Below, in pieces: positions 9,171-18,579 of a stretch of 64,000 nt of DNA (position 1 is the stretch's first letter; each line of letters opens with the position of its first letter). Under the pieces are notes generated by a model. The model ran no database searches and had not been told where the DNA came from. It saw only the letters and a list, made by a program, of their open reading frames with translations. Source of the DNA: a bacterium (GTDB taxonomy: Bacteria > Patescibacteriota > Microgenomatia > Levybacterales > UBA12049); the NCBI GenBank assembly GCA_021813145.1, contig JAKALS010000001.1, positions 134,519 to 198,518 on the forward strand, given 5' to 3'. A program made the position numbers and the translations under genes.

Positions 9171-9752
9171 ATGTTTAAAAAATATTTTTTTGTAATTTTA
9201 ATTTTGCTTTTTGGTTTTTTTGTAAATTATTTTCAAAACAACAGACCCATGGCAGGTCCCGGTATAACGGCAAAGGCTACGCCCGCAGTTGTTTCAGCGG
9301 ACAATCCAGCAACTCAAAGCGCGGTTCTGGGGGCCCAGACAAAGACTTTTGACTGTGTTGCAAAAAACGGTCTGCCTGATCAGGCTTGTACGCCCGGGGC
9401 AGTATTTACGGATACCGTAAGAGGTCAAATTTGTGTTAGCGGATATTCTTCTTCGGTAAGAGATGTTTCTCAGTCTTTGAAAAATGAAGTTTATGCAGAA
9501 TACGGAATTTATCATCATGCAACGGGAGAATACGAGGTGGACCATCTTATAAGCTTGGAGCTGGGAGGCTCCAACGATATTTCAAACTTATGACCCGAAG
9601 CGGCAAACCCCAAGCCGGGTTTTCACGAAAAAGACATGGTGGAAAATTATCTGCACGAACAGGTTTGCAAAGGAGCAATAACTCTGCAGGAGGCCCAAAA
9701 AGAAATCTCTACCGACTGGCTTTCTGTTTACAAAATAATGCCTAAACAATAG
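9171..9752 (+). pseudogene. Secreted/membrane-anchored HNH (His-Me finger) nuclease interrupted by a single in-frame TGA at 9591-9593
   Basis: Signal anchor MFKKYFFVILILLFGFF; HNH core YEVDHLISLELGGSNDISNL-TGA-PEAANPKPGFHEKD... The reading frame stays open for 52 more codons to TAG at 9750. The TGA sits where a Trp (NLWPE-type motif, recalled) is expected. Confidence 0.5.
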
Positions 9753-10191
9753 AGATTATCTTAAGTACTCTTTTTCCTCCCGGGGCTTTTATTTCTACAC
9801 TCTCCCCTTTTTTTGAGTTCATTAAAGCTTTGCCCAATGGAGAGTTTGATGAAATTTTGTTTTCCGAAGGTTTTGCCTCTGTATCGCCTACAATATGAAA
9901 CTCTTTTTTCTTTCCGTCTTCGTCAACTGTTACCCTGGAGCCTATTCCTGTTCTTCCCGCCGGTTTGGCAGCCACCACCCCTTTATTGATATAATACCCA
10001 AGTTTTCTGAGTGTGCGGTCAATATTTCCGAGTTCAAATTTTGCAGCTTTATACAAACCGTTTTCCGAAAGGTCTCCCATTTCTCTTGCTCTTTTTAAAG
10101 TCTCTACCGCATCTTTTCTTTTTTCAAAGAGTTCTTTATATTCCTGTTTTACTTTGTCGAGGCCTTCTTTCGTGAAGAAAATATCAGCCAT
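9742..10191 (-). CDS. greA: Transcription elongation factor GreA
   Basis: Coiled-coil N-domain with ...GDLSENGLYKAAKFE..., and the C-terminal FKBP-like domain with ISSNSPLGKALMNSKKGESVEI. Confidence 0.9.
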   Translation of the reverse strand: MADIFFTKEGLDKVKQEYKELFEKRKDAVETLKRAREMGDLSENGLYKAAKFELGNIDRTLRKLGYYINKGVVAAKPAGRTGIGSRVTVDEDGKKKEFHIVGDTEAKPSENKISSNSPLGKALMNSKKGESVEIKAPGGKRVLKIISIV

Positions 10192-11027
10192 TAATGAGTT
10201 TGAGCCTGTTGGGGAGTAACTGTTACGACTCCTACGTCAAAAGCTCTGAAAATCTTATCCGAAGTCTGTGATTTATATCCTTCGGCTCCGGCGCTTATTA
10301 CTCCGACTGCAGGTCCGTCTACTTTTACAAAAGATTCTGTTGCAGGTCCCGTGGCGATAAACCCGGTCACCATTTTTTGCGGTTCACTTTTAATTCCAAA
10401 GCTCAATTCCAGCCAACCGGTTTTACTCCCATCCGAATAATTCATCGGGTTTTGTCCATAAGTTAAGGGAGGATCTTTGATTTTGAATTGAGTATCGTTT
10501 TCATTCCAGGGTTGTCCGTTGACACTTATTACATCGCTCCAGTTTATTTCAGGAACATCTGCATTTGCTCCTATATCCGTGTTCAAGTAGGATTGCTGGG
10601 GAAGCAGTCTTATATTTACCCCTTTATTTACGGTTGCTGATCCTTCTACGACTGCGTCTATCTGGTTGGGATTCAACTTGAGTTGTTCGGCAAGATCTTT
10701 CTGTTGCTTAAGATAAACGTCGGCCCTTTGTCCGGCGATCATTGTGCTTACTTCATTCCCGACTGCCGCCGCAAAATCTTCGGCAGGTTTTGCTACATAG
10801 TTATTTAAAGCCTGTGCTCCCGCGTCCACCCCAGCGCTTTCCACCAAATCCGCCGCCGCGCCCGTATTTAACGGCCCGTTTATATTATTATCTGCGTGAT
10901 GGACGATGCCCAAAACCCCGAGTAAGGCCATGGCTCCGCCTGCCAATTTTCTTCTTGCCGAAATTTGATTGTGTCTCGCAGCGGGTCTTTCGTGGGACTG
11001 TCCTATTGCATCCACATGTTCAGTCAT
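10191..11027 (-). CDS. Secreted protein of unknown function with a twin-arginine-like N-terminus
   Basis: SARRKLAGGAMALLGVLGIVHHA resembles a Tat signal. Codon usage is GC-rich at the 5' end. The stop and the greA start overlap as TAATG. Confidence 0.45.
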   Translation of the reverse strand: MTEHVDAIGQSHERPAARHNQISARRKLAGGAMALLGVLGIVHHADNNINGPLNTGAAADLVESAGVDAGAQALNNYVAKPAEDFAAAVGNEVSTMIAGQRADVYLKQQKDLAEQLKLNPNQIDAVVEGSATVNKGVNIRLLPQQSYLNTDIGANADVPEINWSDVISVNGQPWNENDTQFKIKDPPLTYGQNPMNYSDGSKTGWLELSFGIKSEPQKMVTGFIATGPATESFVKVDGPAVGVISAGAEGYKSQTSDKIFRAFDVGVVTVTPQQAQTH

Positions 11028-11062
11028 ACAATTAGATTAACATGTCAATTTAATCATGTCAA

Positions 11063-11656
11063 TCAGTGTCCTTGAGGGATAATTTTGTGCACCACGGTAT
11101 TTAATGCCGTGTTGTTTGCAAAAGCGCTTTGGTAAATTACTCTCTGTTCGGGTTGAGGTCTATTTATTACTATCCCATTCCATACTTCGGCAATGGGATT
11201 ATTGCTTCCTAGTTCCAAAAAATCCGTTTGTATTATAAACCTGCCGGTGTATTCTCCGGACCTTAACCTGTAAATATTGTTTATGGCCCTTACCATAGTG
11301 TTTTCATAGGGTTTCAGGCTACCCGGTACATTATGGGAGGGTCTTAAGATAACCATATTGTCGCGGTGCACGGGCACAGAACTTACTAACGCATGTCTAA
11401 AAATTGCCTCAAATTTTGAGTCGAGTCTTTCGTACGGCAAAAAATAACACCTTCTTTTATAAGGAAATATGATGGAATTTCCCCCGTTGGGATTTTTTGT
11501 CAAATCCGCCTGGAAGAGTACCCTAGAAGCCTCAAACTCCTGGAAAAGAAGATATTCTTTTCGGAAACGTTCGGTTTCCAAACCTCTTAAGGCTATTTCC
11601 TGCTCCAACGTTAAACTTTCGAACCTGGGGGTTCGCCTGCCGTTTTCCAAAGACAT
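11063..11656 (-). CDS. Hypothetical protein, paralog family F2 (with 12332..12874)
   Basis: Shares the MSLEN/MGLEN N-terminus and the C-terminal PIAEVWNG...PQPEQRVIY block with PLADVWYG...QEPQPRINY of 12332..12874. Confidence 0.45.
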   Translation of the reverse strand: MSLENGRRTPRFESLTLEQEIALRGLETERFRKEYLLFQEFEASRVLFQADLTKNPNGGNSIIFPYKRRCYFLPYERLDSKFEAIFRHALVSSVPVHRDNMVILRPSHNVPGSLKPYENTMVRAINNIYRLRSGEYTGRFIIQTDFLELGSNNPIAEVWNGIVINRPQPEQRVIYQSAFANNTALNTVVHKIIPQGH

Positions 11657-11702
11657 ACAAATTGCGATTATAACAAATATCTCCTAAGTGTCAATTAGCT
11701 TG

Positions 11703-12335
11703 TTAATTCTTGCTAAAGCCTAAATTGACAACAGGAATAAGATATCTGTCTTTTAAGGGGAAAGGGTAAGTTTTATCCGAAATCTCTTCGGAGGAAACGA
11801 CGGTATTTGCAAAAAGATTATCAGCTTCCATAGGTGATGCGTTTTCTTCATCAAGTGTCCAGCGCTCTGCAATCATTTTCATGGAATGGCTTCCGCTATA
11901 GTAAGTAGTTTGTGTAACATATTTTCCTTTTTCCCTAAGCTTATATCGGAAGGATATGGCAAGAACTTCCCTTCCCGTATACTCCGACATATTATCGGGA
12001 AATTCTTCTATGTCTTTTATGCGGTCAAGACTTAGATCTTTGCATACCAGTTGGACTTCGGTTTCGGGATCCACGTCATTTATAAACGTGGAAACCAGTT
12101 CTTCGTCAAGCCTTTGATAAGGAAGTAGGCTTTTTCCCCGGACTGTTTTAAGGGCAACTACTCGCGGCTCGGTCTCGGACGCAAGATTCCATTGCGCAAT
12201 TATTCCTCCGCCTTTTTGCTTTTTCAAAAAATTGTAGTTGTCTTCAAAAGAGTCTATTACATACTCTCTAGTTAAGTCTTGATGATACATCGATAGCTCT
12301 TCGGGGACATTCCCGCCTGTTTCTTTTTCTTTCAT
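11703..12335 (-). CDS. Hypothetical protein, paralog family F1 (with 15645..16385)
   Basis: Shares VPEELSMYHQDL and SFRYKLREKGKYVTQTTYYSGS with PPEEVQELDQEA and SFRYRVDEESESLIYHSSV of 15645..16385. Confidence 0.45.
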   Translation of the reverse strand: MKEKETGGNVPEELSMYHQDLTREYVIDSFEDNYNFLKKQKGGGIIAQWNLASETEPRVVALKTVRGKSLLPYQRLDEELVSTFINDVDPETEVQLVCKDLSLDRIKDIEEFPDNMSEYTGREVLAISFRYKLREKGKYVTQTTYYSGSHSMKMIAERWTLDEENASPMEADNLFANTVVSSEEISDKTYPFPLKDRYLIPVVNLGFSKN

Positions 12336-12874
12336 TTATAATTAATACGGGGTTGAGGTTCCTGTCCTTTCTTTTTTTTGGAATTAATAAACTTCATGCT
12401 TTTGCCGTACCAAACATCGGCAAGAGGGAAAGCGGAATCTTCGGGGGAAAAGTACCTCACGTATTCAATCTTTCTCAAGATTCCGTCTCCGTTTCTTTTT
12501 AAAGGATATGTCGTGATTTCCGCCGTGATTTCTCTTCCCGCAAAAGCTTGAAGTATTTGCGGAAGTTCTTCCGAAGGTCCTAAAAGCAGGTTTTCATTCT
12601 TTTTAGTAAAGTCATTTAAAGGCCTGTCGACGTAATCTCTTACTATTCTTCCAAATATAAAACCAAAATTACCGTATGGAACCTCAAGACTCTCCCCTCT
12701 TTTTTTATAATCAATAACAAGCGGAGTTATCTCCGGAATAAAACCCGCGGAAAAAATTACCATGTCTTCTCCACCGGCAAATTTTTTTACATTTTGGCGG
12801 AATTCAAGTTCGATTTCGCTTTTTGAAAGCTCTATTCTTTGCAGTTGAAGCTTTTCAACATTTTCCAAGCCCAT
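12332..12874 (-). CDS. Hypothetical protein, paralog family F2
   Basis: See 11063..11656; 4-nt overlap with the downstream gene. Confidence 0.45.
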   Translation of the reverse strand: MGLENVEKLQLQRIELSKSEIELEFRQNVKKFAGGEDMVIFSAGFIPEITPLVIDYKKRGESLEVPYGNFGFIFGRIVRDYVDRPLNDFTKKNENLLLGPSEELPQILQAFAGREITAEITTYPLKRNGDGILRKIEYVRYFSPEDSAFPLADVWYGKSMKFINSKKKKGQEPQPRINYK

Positions 12875-12978
12875 AAATAGGGATTATACCAAAAATATAA
12901 TATCCTTATCAATTCTATAGGATAGTTATTTGACAATGGGAATTCTATGTCGCAAAATAAAATTAAAGGTAGGAAAAT

Positions 12979-13932
12979 ATGGAAGAAGGAACTTCACGCG
13001 TTAAGACCGAACTTGAAAACCTTATAGACGAGTTTCTTGAGTATCTGGAAATCGAAAAAAACTGTTCCAAGCTGACAATTCGCGATTATAGGCACTACCT
13101 TGAGATTTTTAACAAATGGTTTTCAGAGACTCAAGCGGAAAAACAAATCAAAGATTTGGACCTTTCAACAGTTAGAAGATACAGGGTTTATCTGGCGAAT
13201 AAGGTTGATGACAAAGGTCTCACTCTTCAGCGTGTAACGCAAAATTACTACGTTATAGCCTTGCGTTCGTTTCTGCGGTTTCTCATAAAAAACGACCATG
13301 AAACACTTGAGCCTTCAAAAATAGATTTGCCCAAAGCCGAAAGCAAAAACCTTAAATTCTTAAATAAAGAACAGGTAGACAGGCTTGTCATGGCTGCCGA
13401 TACTTCCAAAGAGGAAGGCGTAAGGGACAGGACCATAATGGAGCTTCTCTTCTCCACAGGGCTTCGCGTTTCGGAACTGGTCGGGCTTAACAGGGATCAG
13501 ATAAATCTTGAAAGGCGGGAGTTTGGGGTAATAGGGAAAGGAAGAAAACAGAGGATAGTTTTTGTTTCCGACAGAGCCGCGGATTGGATTAAGAGGTATC
13601 TGGATATGAGGCAAGACAGGTTCAGGCCTTTATTTATCCGCTACTCCGGACAGGTCACCGAAGATAATAATGGTGAAAAAATGAGACTCACGGCCAGAAG
13701 TGTTGAAAGACTTGTTAAAAAATATGTAAGGGAAGCAAGAATTCCCGTAGACGCAACTGTCCACACATTAAGGCATTCCTTTGCAACAGATTTATTGTTT
13801 AACGGAGCCGATATAAGAAGCGTCCAGGAAATGTTAGGACATAAAAACATTGCAACAACGCAGATCTATACGCACGTAACCAACCCCCAACTTAAAAATG
13901 TTCATAAAAATTTCCATTCGGGCAATAAATAA
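12979..13932 (+). CDS. Tyrosine site-specific recombinase (XerC/XerD family)
   Basis: N-terminal core-binding helix region; the catalytic region has ...GLRVSELVGL...GKGRKQRIVFV...HTLRHSFATDLLFNGADIRSVQEMLGHKNIATTQIYTHV (R..HxxR..Y). Confidence 0.8.
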   Translation: MEEGTSRVKTELENLIDEFLEYLEIEKNCSKLTIRDYRHYLEIFNKWFSETQAEKQIKDLDLSTVRRYRVYLANKVDDKGLTLQRVTQNYYVIALRSFLRFLIKNDHETLEPSKIDLPKAESKNLKFLNKEQVDRLVMAADTSKEEGVRDRTIMELLFSTGLRVSELVGLNRDQINLERREFGVIGKGRKQRIVFVSDRAADWIKRYLDMRQDRFRPLFIRYSGQVTEDNNGEKMRLTARSVERLVKKYVREARIPVDATVHTLRHSFATDLLFNGADIRSVQEMLGHKNIATTQIYTHVTNPQLKNVHKNFHSGNK

Positions 13933-14008
13933 GGTATAATAAGAGACAGGAACCCCCCCATTGCTCAATTTCCGAGAACGTTTTACATGATAGGTATCTA
14001 GTTGTTAT

Positions 14009-14791
14009 ATGGAAAGAGAAAAAAGAATTTTAACACCAAGAAGAGTGGCGGCAGGATTAAGTGCGGTTGTTTTAATAGAAGCGGCTGCCGGTAATGTCGT
14101 GGGAAGAAGTCCCCAAACTCCCGACTATTCGGGAAATATCCGATATTTTAATGACACTACTCTTCTAAACCAAACCCCCGCTCAGCAAGCGTCTTCTTCT
14201 TACTTGCCGTCAAAAGAAGACGGGGTGACCATAGTTATCCCCAAGGCAAAAGATATTGAGGATTTTAACGGAAAAATTAAAAAACAGGAAAACCTTCAGC
14301 AGGAAATTATTGGCGTAATTAAAGAAAATAAAGGTCTTTTTAACAGCAAAAAAATGGAAGATTTTAAAATGTACTACCCTATTTATCAAGCAGTGTCGCA
14401 AAAGTATCCAGAAGTTGATTGGTATCTTTTATGGATAACCCATGAGGCGGAAACAGGTGCTTCAAACAGCAAAGTTGCTTTTAACGGAGGTTCTTATCCT
14501 TACTATGGAGGAATGCAAAGAAACGTCAATATCTGGCCCCAGTCTTATGTTAACGAATCTTTTAAAGGACTAGGCTTCTTAAGGGCTATTCCGACCCGGC
14601 ATAAAAGTGATGCTATGGAGATTGCCGCCGCCGCACATGAACTCAGCGACAATATTAAACGATACTTATCTTTGGGAAAAGACGAGGCTGTTTTTAGGGC
14701 TTTAAGTCTTTACACCGGAGGAGAGTATCTTGCGCAACAAAGATTTGGTCTTTGGGAAAAATATAAAAAAATCTTCTCCTCTATTTCTTAA
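14009..14791 (+). CDS. Secreted protein, possibly lytic-transglycosylase-like
   Basis: Signal-anchor N-terminus; ...WITHEAETGASNSKVAFNGGSYPYYGGMQ resembles the SLT catalytic Glu ... GLMQ spacing (weak). Confidence 0.35.
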   Translation: MEREKRILTPRRVAAGLSAVVLIEAAAGNVVGRSPQTPDYSGNIRYFNDTTLLNQTPAQQASSSYLPSKEDGVTIVIPKAKDIEDFNGKIKKQENLQQEIIGVIKENKGLFNSKKMEDFKMYYPIYQAVSQKYPEVDWYLLWITHEAETGASNSKVAFNGGSYPYYGGMQRNVNIWPQSYVNESFKGLGFLRAIPTRHKSDAMEIAAAAHELSDNIKRYLSLGKDEAVFRALSLYTGGEYLAQQRFGLWEKYKKIFSSIS

Positions 14792-15603
14792 TAAGTTTCA
14801 TACGACAGAGAAACGGTTAGAGAGACCGTGCTTTCTCCGGGAGTAACATTTGTAGGAGTGGGATTTGTATCGGTTGATGCTTTTCCCGCGTTCATAATTA
14901 GAGGTTGTGGAACTATTCCATTCGATTCTACGACATTAACAAGTTTTCCAAGGTGTATTCCTGAAAGGCTCGATAAACTTTGTGCTTTTGTTTTTGCTTC
15001 GTTTATGGCCTGGGCTCTGGCTTCGTTTTGAAGTTTGGTAAGTAATGTATCGCTGAAGGTAAAACTTACTCCTCCGATAAGGTTAGCTCCGTCTTTTGTT
15101 GCAGTGTCTATAACCTGATTTATTTTATCGGTTTGTTTCACATCTACCTCTATATTTTGGGTAACTGTATATCCTATTATCTGATTTTGCGAAGGAGGTC
15201 TTACGGGAATTACTGTACCTGTTACAGCGGGCGAAGGTGCTCCAAGAGGTTCGGCTGTGGAAGCATAATTTGGAGTAACAGAATAGTTTGTTGTTTTTAT
15301 GTCTTTGTCATCTAGTCCGAGTTTTTTAACATCGTTTATCAGCTTCTGGGCTACCGTATTTGTTTTATTTTGTGCGTCCGCAACTGTTTGGGATTGTTGC
15401 GTTACTCCTATATTTATTACTCCTTCGTCCGGCACCCCTGTTGCTTTTCCCGTTCCGTCAACGGTAAAAAGGTCGGATGCATTATTAATATTATTTACAT
15501 AAAAAGGGATGGGGCCCGCAAGTTTTGTATAAACAAAAAATGCCGCAAAAATAAGTATTACTGTTACTATTATTCCCTGGAACTTTTCCCAAAAAGCTTT
15601 CAC
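14788..15603 (-). CDS. SIMPL-domain (DUF541/YggE-like) secreted protein
   Basis: N-terminal TM; ...IIGYTVTQNIEVDVKQ...LIGGVSFTFSD...AKTKAQSLSSLSGIHLGKLVNVVE is typical of SIMPL family proteins. Confidence 0.6.
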   Translation of the reverse strand: MKAFWEKFQGIIVTVILIFAAFFVYTKLAGPIPFYVNNINNASDLFTVDGTGKATGVPDEGVINIGVTQQSQTVADAQNKTNTVAQKLINDVKKLGLDDKDIKTTNYSVTPNYASTAEPLGAPSPAVTGTVIPVRPPSQNQIIGYTVTQNIEVDVKQTDKINQVIDTATKDGANLIGGVSFTFSDTLLTKLQNEARAQAINEAKTKAQSLSSLSGIHLGKLVNVVESNGIVPQPLIMNAGKASTDTNPTPTNVTPGESTVSLTVSLSYETY

Positions 15604-15644
15604 AATAATTATGCTAACCGAAAATTTTACTGTTTGTCAAGCGA

Positions 15645-16385
15645 TTAGGACACAATATCCCGACTTTGCTCGCGCCTGGCGTATGAAATAAATCCTGCAA
15701 TATTTGATTCCACCCAATCTTTAAAAAGATTAGTTTCGAAATCTTGGGTTCCCTCTTTTTTTTCTATCGAGTGGTATGCACCGTATTCTTCTTCGCTATT
15801 AAGATTATAGGTAACACTCGTGCTTCTTGACCTTTCCGTATCCCAGATATCGAATATTCCTCCGAACTCGATCGTTTGGCCTATTTGTCTCCCTTTTTCA
15901 TCAGGATTTCTGCTGTGAAAAAGTGATAATGTTAATCTTTTTCGGTAGGATTCTTCGTAATCTTCTTCGTCTTCGTCTTCTGGTATTTCTTTTACTTCTC
16001 TGCCTTCATCATCTACCGGAAATGTGTCCAAGAGATCTCCTTCTATTTGGGCTATTAAAGTATAATAGTTTCTGTCTTGAGTTCTCCAAGAAAGAAGAAC
16101 CGATGAATGATAGATAAGGCTTTCGCTTTCTTCGTCTACGCGGTACCTGAATGAAGCTTCTTCTTTTACGCGTCCCCTGTTGTTAAGTAAATCCTGGTTA
16201 AATTCGAAAAGGGCAAGTCTTATCCCCGAATCTTCGAGAAATTTTCCCGCCGCGTCCATTTCCTCTTTTGCTTCCTGATCGAGCTCCTGAACTTCCTCCG
16301 GAGGAGAATATCTTTTTGCGTCGGGGAATCTCTGAGGTTTTTCTGCCTCATCCTGTAAATGAAGAATTTTTTCGGGGACTCCCAT
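15645..16385 (-). CDS. Hypothetical acidic protein, paralog family F1
   Basis: See 11703..12335. Confidence 0.45.
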   Translation of the reverse strand: MGVPEKILHLQDEAEKPQRFPDAKRYSPPEEVQELDQEAKEEMDAAGKFLEDSGIRLALFEFNQDLLNNRGRVKEEASFRYRVDEESESLIYHSSVLLSWRTQDRNYYTLIAQIEGDLLDTFPVDDEGREVKEIPEDEDEEDYEESYRKRLTLSLFHSRNPDEKGRQIGQTIEFGGIFDIWDTERSRSTSVTYNLNSEEEYGAYHSIEKKEGTQDFETNLFKDWVESNIAGFISYARREQSRDIVS

Positions 16386-16484
16386 AAATAGGAATTATAT
16401 TAAAATTATTGGATTTTACAATAGGTTTTTAAATTCATTTTCTATTCATATTATTTATATATATTTTTATTGATATAAAGCTTT

Positions 16485-16823
16485 ATGAAAACCCTTTCTT
16501 CGAACAGAATTGTTATTTTGGCTTTGGCTTTAGTAGTTGTTCTTCTTGTTGTGGGAGGTTTTGTCGCGTATAAAAAGATGAAATCGGGAAATCTTCTTTC
16601 CCAAAATTTCGTTCCTAAAGCTACCACCGCTCCCTCTTCCCTTGGCTCACAGAATAATTTGCCTTCCGCGACTCCTAATGCACAGAATTCAAGCAATTCC
16701 TCACTCGATAGCGAAAGTACACAGATAGATAACAGTCTTAATAACTTGAGCAACGACCTTAATAATGTAGATCAGAGCTTCAGCTCTCAGACAAGCGATA
16801 CAAATCCGGCACCCGTCCAATAG
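16485..16823 (+). CDS. Small membrane-anchored Ser/Asn-rich low-complexity protein
   Basis: TM helix ALALVVVLLVVGGFVAY, then an S/N/Q-rich tail. Confidence 0.35.
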   Translation: MKTLSSNRIVILALALVVVLLVVGGFVAYKKMKSGNLLSQNFVPKATTAPSSLGSQNNLPSATPNAQNSSNSSLDSESTQIDNSLNNLSNDLNNVDQSFSSQTSDTNPAPVQ

Positions 16824-16825
16824 CT

Positions 16826-17854
16826 TCAGGAGCTAAATAATATTTTAAATGTCGAGCCTTTACCCGGAGCACTTTTTACGATAATCTCAGCTTTGTGTGA
16901 ATCGGCAATCCATTTTGCTATAGAAAGTCCCAGACCTGCTCCGCCGCCAGATCTTGCTTTGTCTGCCTGATAAAAACGGTAAAAAATTTTCTTCTGTTCG
17001 TCTTTTGCTATTCCGATTCCTGAGTCTGTTATAGTAAAATAAGCCTTTCTTTTTCCGCCGGTTTTTACCTGTATTGTTCCTCCTCTTGGCGTATACTTTA
17101 TTGCATTGTCCATGATTATAAGAGCGAGCTGTTTTACTTTATGCATATCCCCTTTTGTTTTTGCTTTTTCCAAAGATATATTCTTAAGGTTCAGTTTTTT
17201 CGAAAGTAATAACGGTTTTGTTTCTTCTATTATTTCCCGAAGTATCTCGTCCAGTCTTACTTCGCCGATTGCGAATTTTGTCATCCCCGCGTCCGCTCTT
17301 GAAAGAGTAAGAAGCTCGTCTACCATACTCGCCATTCTCGAAGTTTCCTTATAGGTTTGTTCTATTACTTTTTTGTAATTCTCTTTAGTTTTGTTTTTAT
17401 TCCTTAACGCAACTTCGGAAGCGGTCTGAATAGCGGCAAGCGGCGTTCTTAGTTCATGCGAGGCGTCGGCTATAAATTCTTTTTGCCTTTGAAAGCTTTT
17501 CTGTATCGGCCGTAAGCTTATTCCTGCCAGGAAAAAACTCAAGCCCCCTCCGAAAAGAAGCACTATATCATCTACAAGGATAAGATCGATAATAAAAGAT
17601 TTTTTAACCTCGTTTATCTGAAGCATTATGTCCTCTTTCTCTTCATTTGTCAGGGTTTTCGGCAAATGATTTCCGTAATCCTGCAGAAGGACTATTCTTG
17701 TTACATCCTGGGTTTCGAGATTATAGATGAATACGGAAAAAACGATAAGAATTACAAAAAGAATAAAAGAATACCACAGGGAAAAGGTTATTTTAGTTTT
17801 CGTAAAAGGACTTATTTCAAGCTTTTTCATTTTGAACTCCCAGTCTATATCCAA
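16826..17854 (-). CDS. Sensor histidine kinase (two-component system)
   Basis: Two TM segments; H-box ADASHELRTPLAAIQTASE; G-boxes ...DSGIGIAKDEQKKIFYRFYQAD...GGAGLGLSIAKWIA... Confidence 0.85.
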   Translation of the reverse strand: MDIDWEFKMKKLEISPFTKTKITFSLWYSFILFVILIVFSVFIYNLETQDVTRIVLLQDYGNHLPKTLTNEEKEDIMLQINEVKKSFIIDLILVDDIVLLFGGGLSFFLAGISLRPIQKSFQRQKEFIADASHELRTPLAAIQTASEVALRNKNKTKENYKKVIEQTYKETSRMASMVDELLTLSRADAGMTKFAIGEVRLDEILREIIEETKPLLLSKKLNLKNISLEKAKTKGDMHKVKQLALIIMDNAIKYTPRGGTIQVKTGGKRKAYFTITDSGIGIAKDEQKKIFYRFYQADKARSGGGAGLGLSIAKWIADSHKAEIIVKSAPGKGSTFKILFSS

Positions 17855-18503
17855 GACCTCTTACGGTCGAAAATAGCGGTCTTTCGTCGGGAAAATCTCT
17901 GTCTATTTTATTCCTGAGTCTTCTTATCAGTACTTCTATTATATTGCTCATGGAATCATACGAATAATCCCACACGTGGTTTAATATCTGTTCCCTTGTG
18001 AGTATCTGGTTAGGATAATGCATAAAGTATTCCAAAAGGGAGTACTCTTTTCCGGTAAGGGATATTTCCCTGCCGTGTCTTTTTACAATATGTGATTCGG
18101 GGTCTAGCTCGAGATTGTCTACGGAAAGTTTTGTCCCTTTTATCGTAGAGCGGCGTATCAGCGCTCTAATTCGCGCCAGAAGCTCTTCAAATGAAAAAGG
18201 TTTTACAAGATAATCATCTGCACCGTGTTTAAAGCCTGATATTTTGTCGTCGAGAGTATCTTTTGCGGTAAGCATTAGTATGGGAGTCAGTACTTTTTCA
18301 TCTCTTAATTTTTCGCATATAGTTATCCCATCCATCTCCGGAAGCATGATGTCGAGGATTATTGCGTCGTAATTCTCGGTTGCGGCAATTTCGTATCCCT
18401 CCCTACCGTTTGCAACCGTATCGACCGCAAAATTTTCGTCGATAAGGCCCGTTTTTAAGTTATCGGCAAGCATCTTTTCGTCTTCTATCAAAAGGATTCT
18501 CAT
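17817..18503 (-). CDS. OmpR-family response regulator
   Basis: MRILLIEDEKMLADNL...ILDIMLPEMDG...; C-terminal winged-helix with ...RGLGYRL. Confidence 0.9.
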   Translation of the reverse strand: MRILLIEDEKMLADNLKTGLIDENFAVDTVANGREGYEIAATENYDAIILDIMLPEMDGITICEKLRDEKVLTPILMLTAKDTLDDKISGFKHGADDYLVKPFSFEELLARIRALIRRSTIKGTKLSVDNLELDPESHIVKRHGREISLTGKEYSLLEYFMHYPNQILTREQILNHVWDYSYDSMSNIIEVLIRRLRNKIDRDFPDERPLFSTVRGLGYRLGVQNEKA

Positions 18504-18531
18504 GTTGGAGTATTATACCATTTAATTAGTC

Positions 18532-18562
18532 AAAAGCCCCGTAAAAACGGGGCTTTTGTTTT
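18532..18562 (-). terminator. Rho-independent terminator downstream of the minus-strand gene 18580..19374
   Basis: GCCCCG-taaaaa-CGGGGC perfect stem with a flanking T/A run. Confidence 0.6.
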
Positions 18563-18579
18563 ACTACCGCACACTCTTT

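Noticed and set aside
18527-18562. Possible bidirectional terminator or regulatory hairpin upstream of the response-regulator gene
   Set aside because: It is kept only as a minus-strand terminator for the upstream secreted-protein gene. There is no evidence for a regulatory role over the two-component operon.
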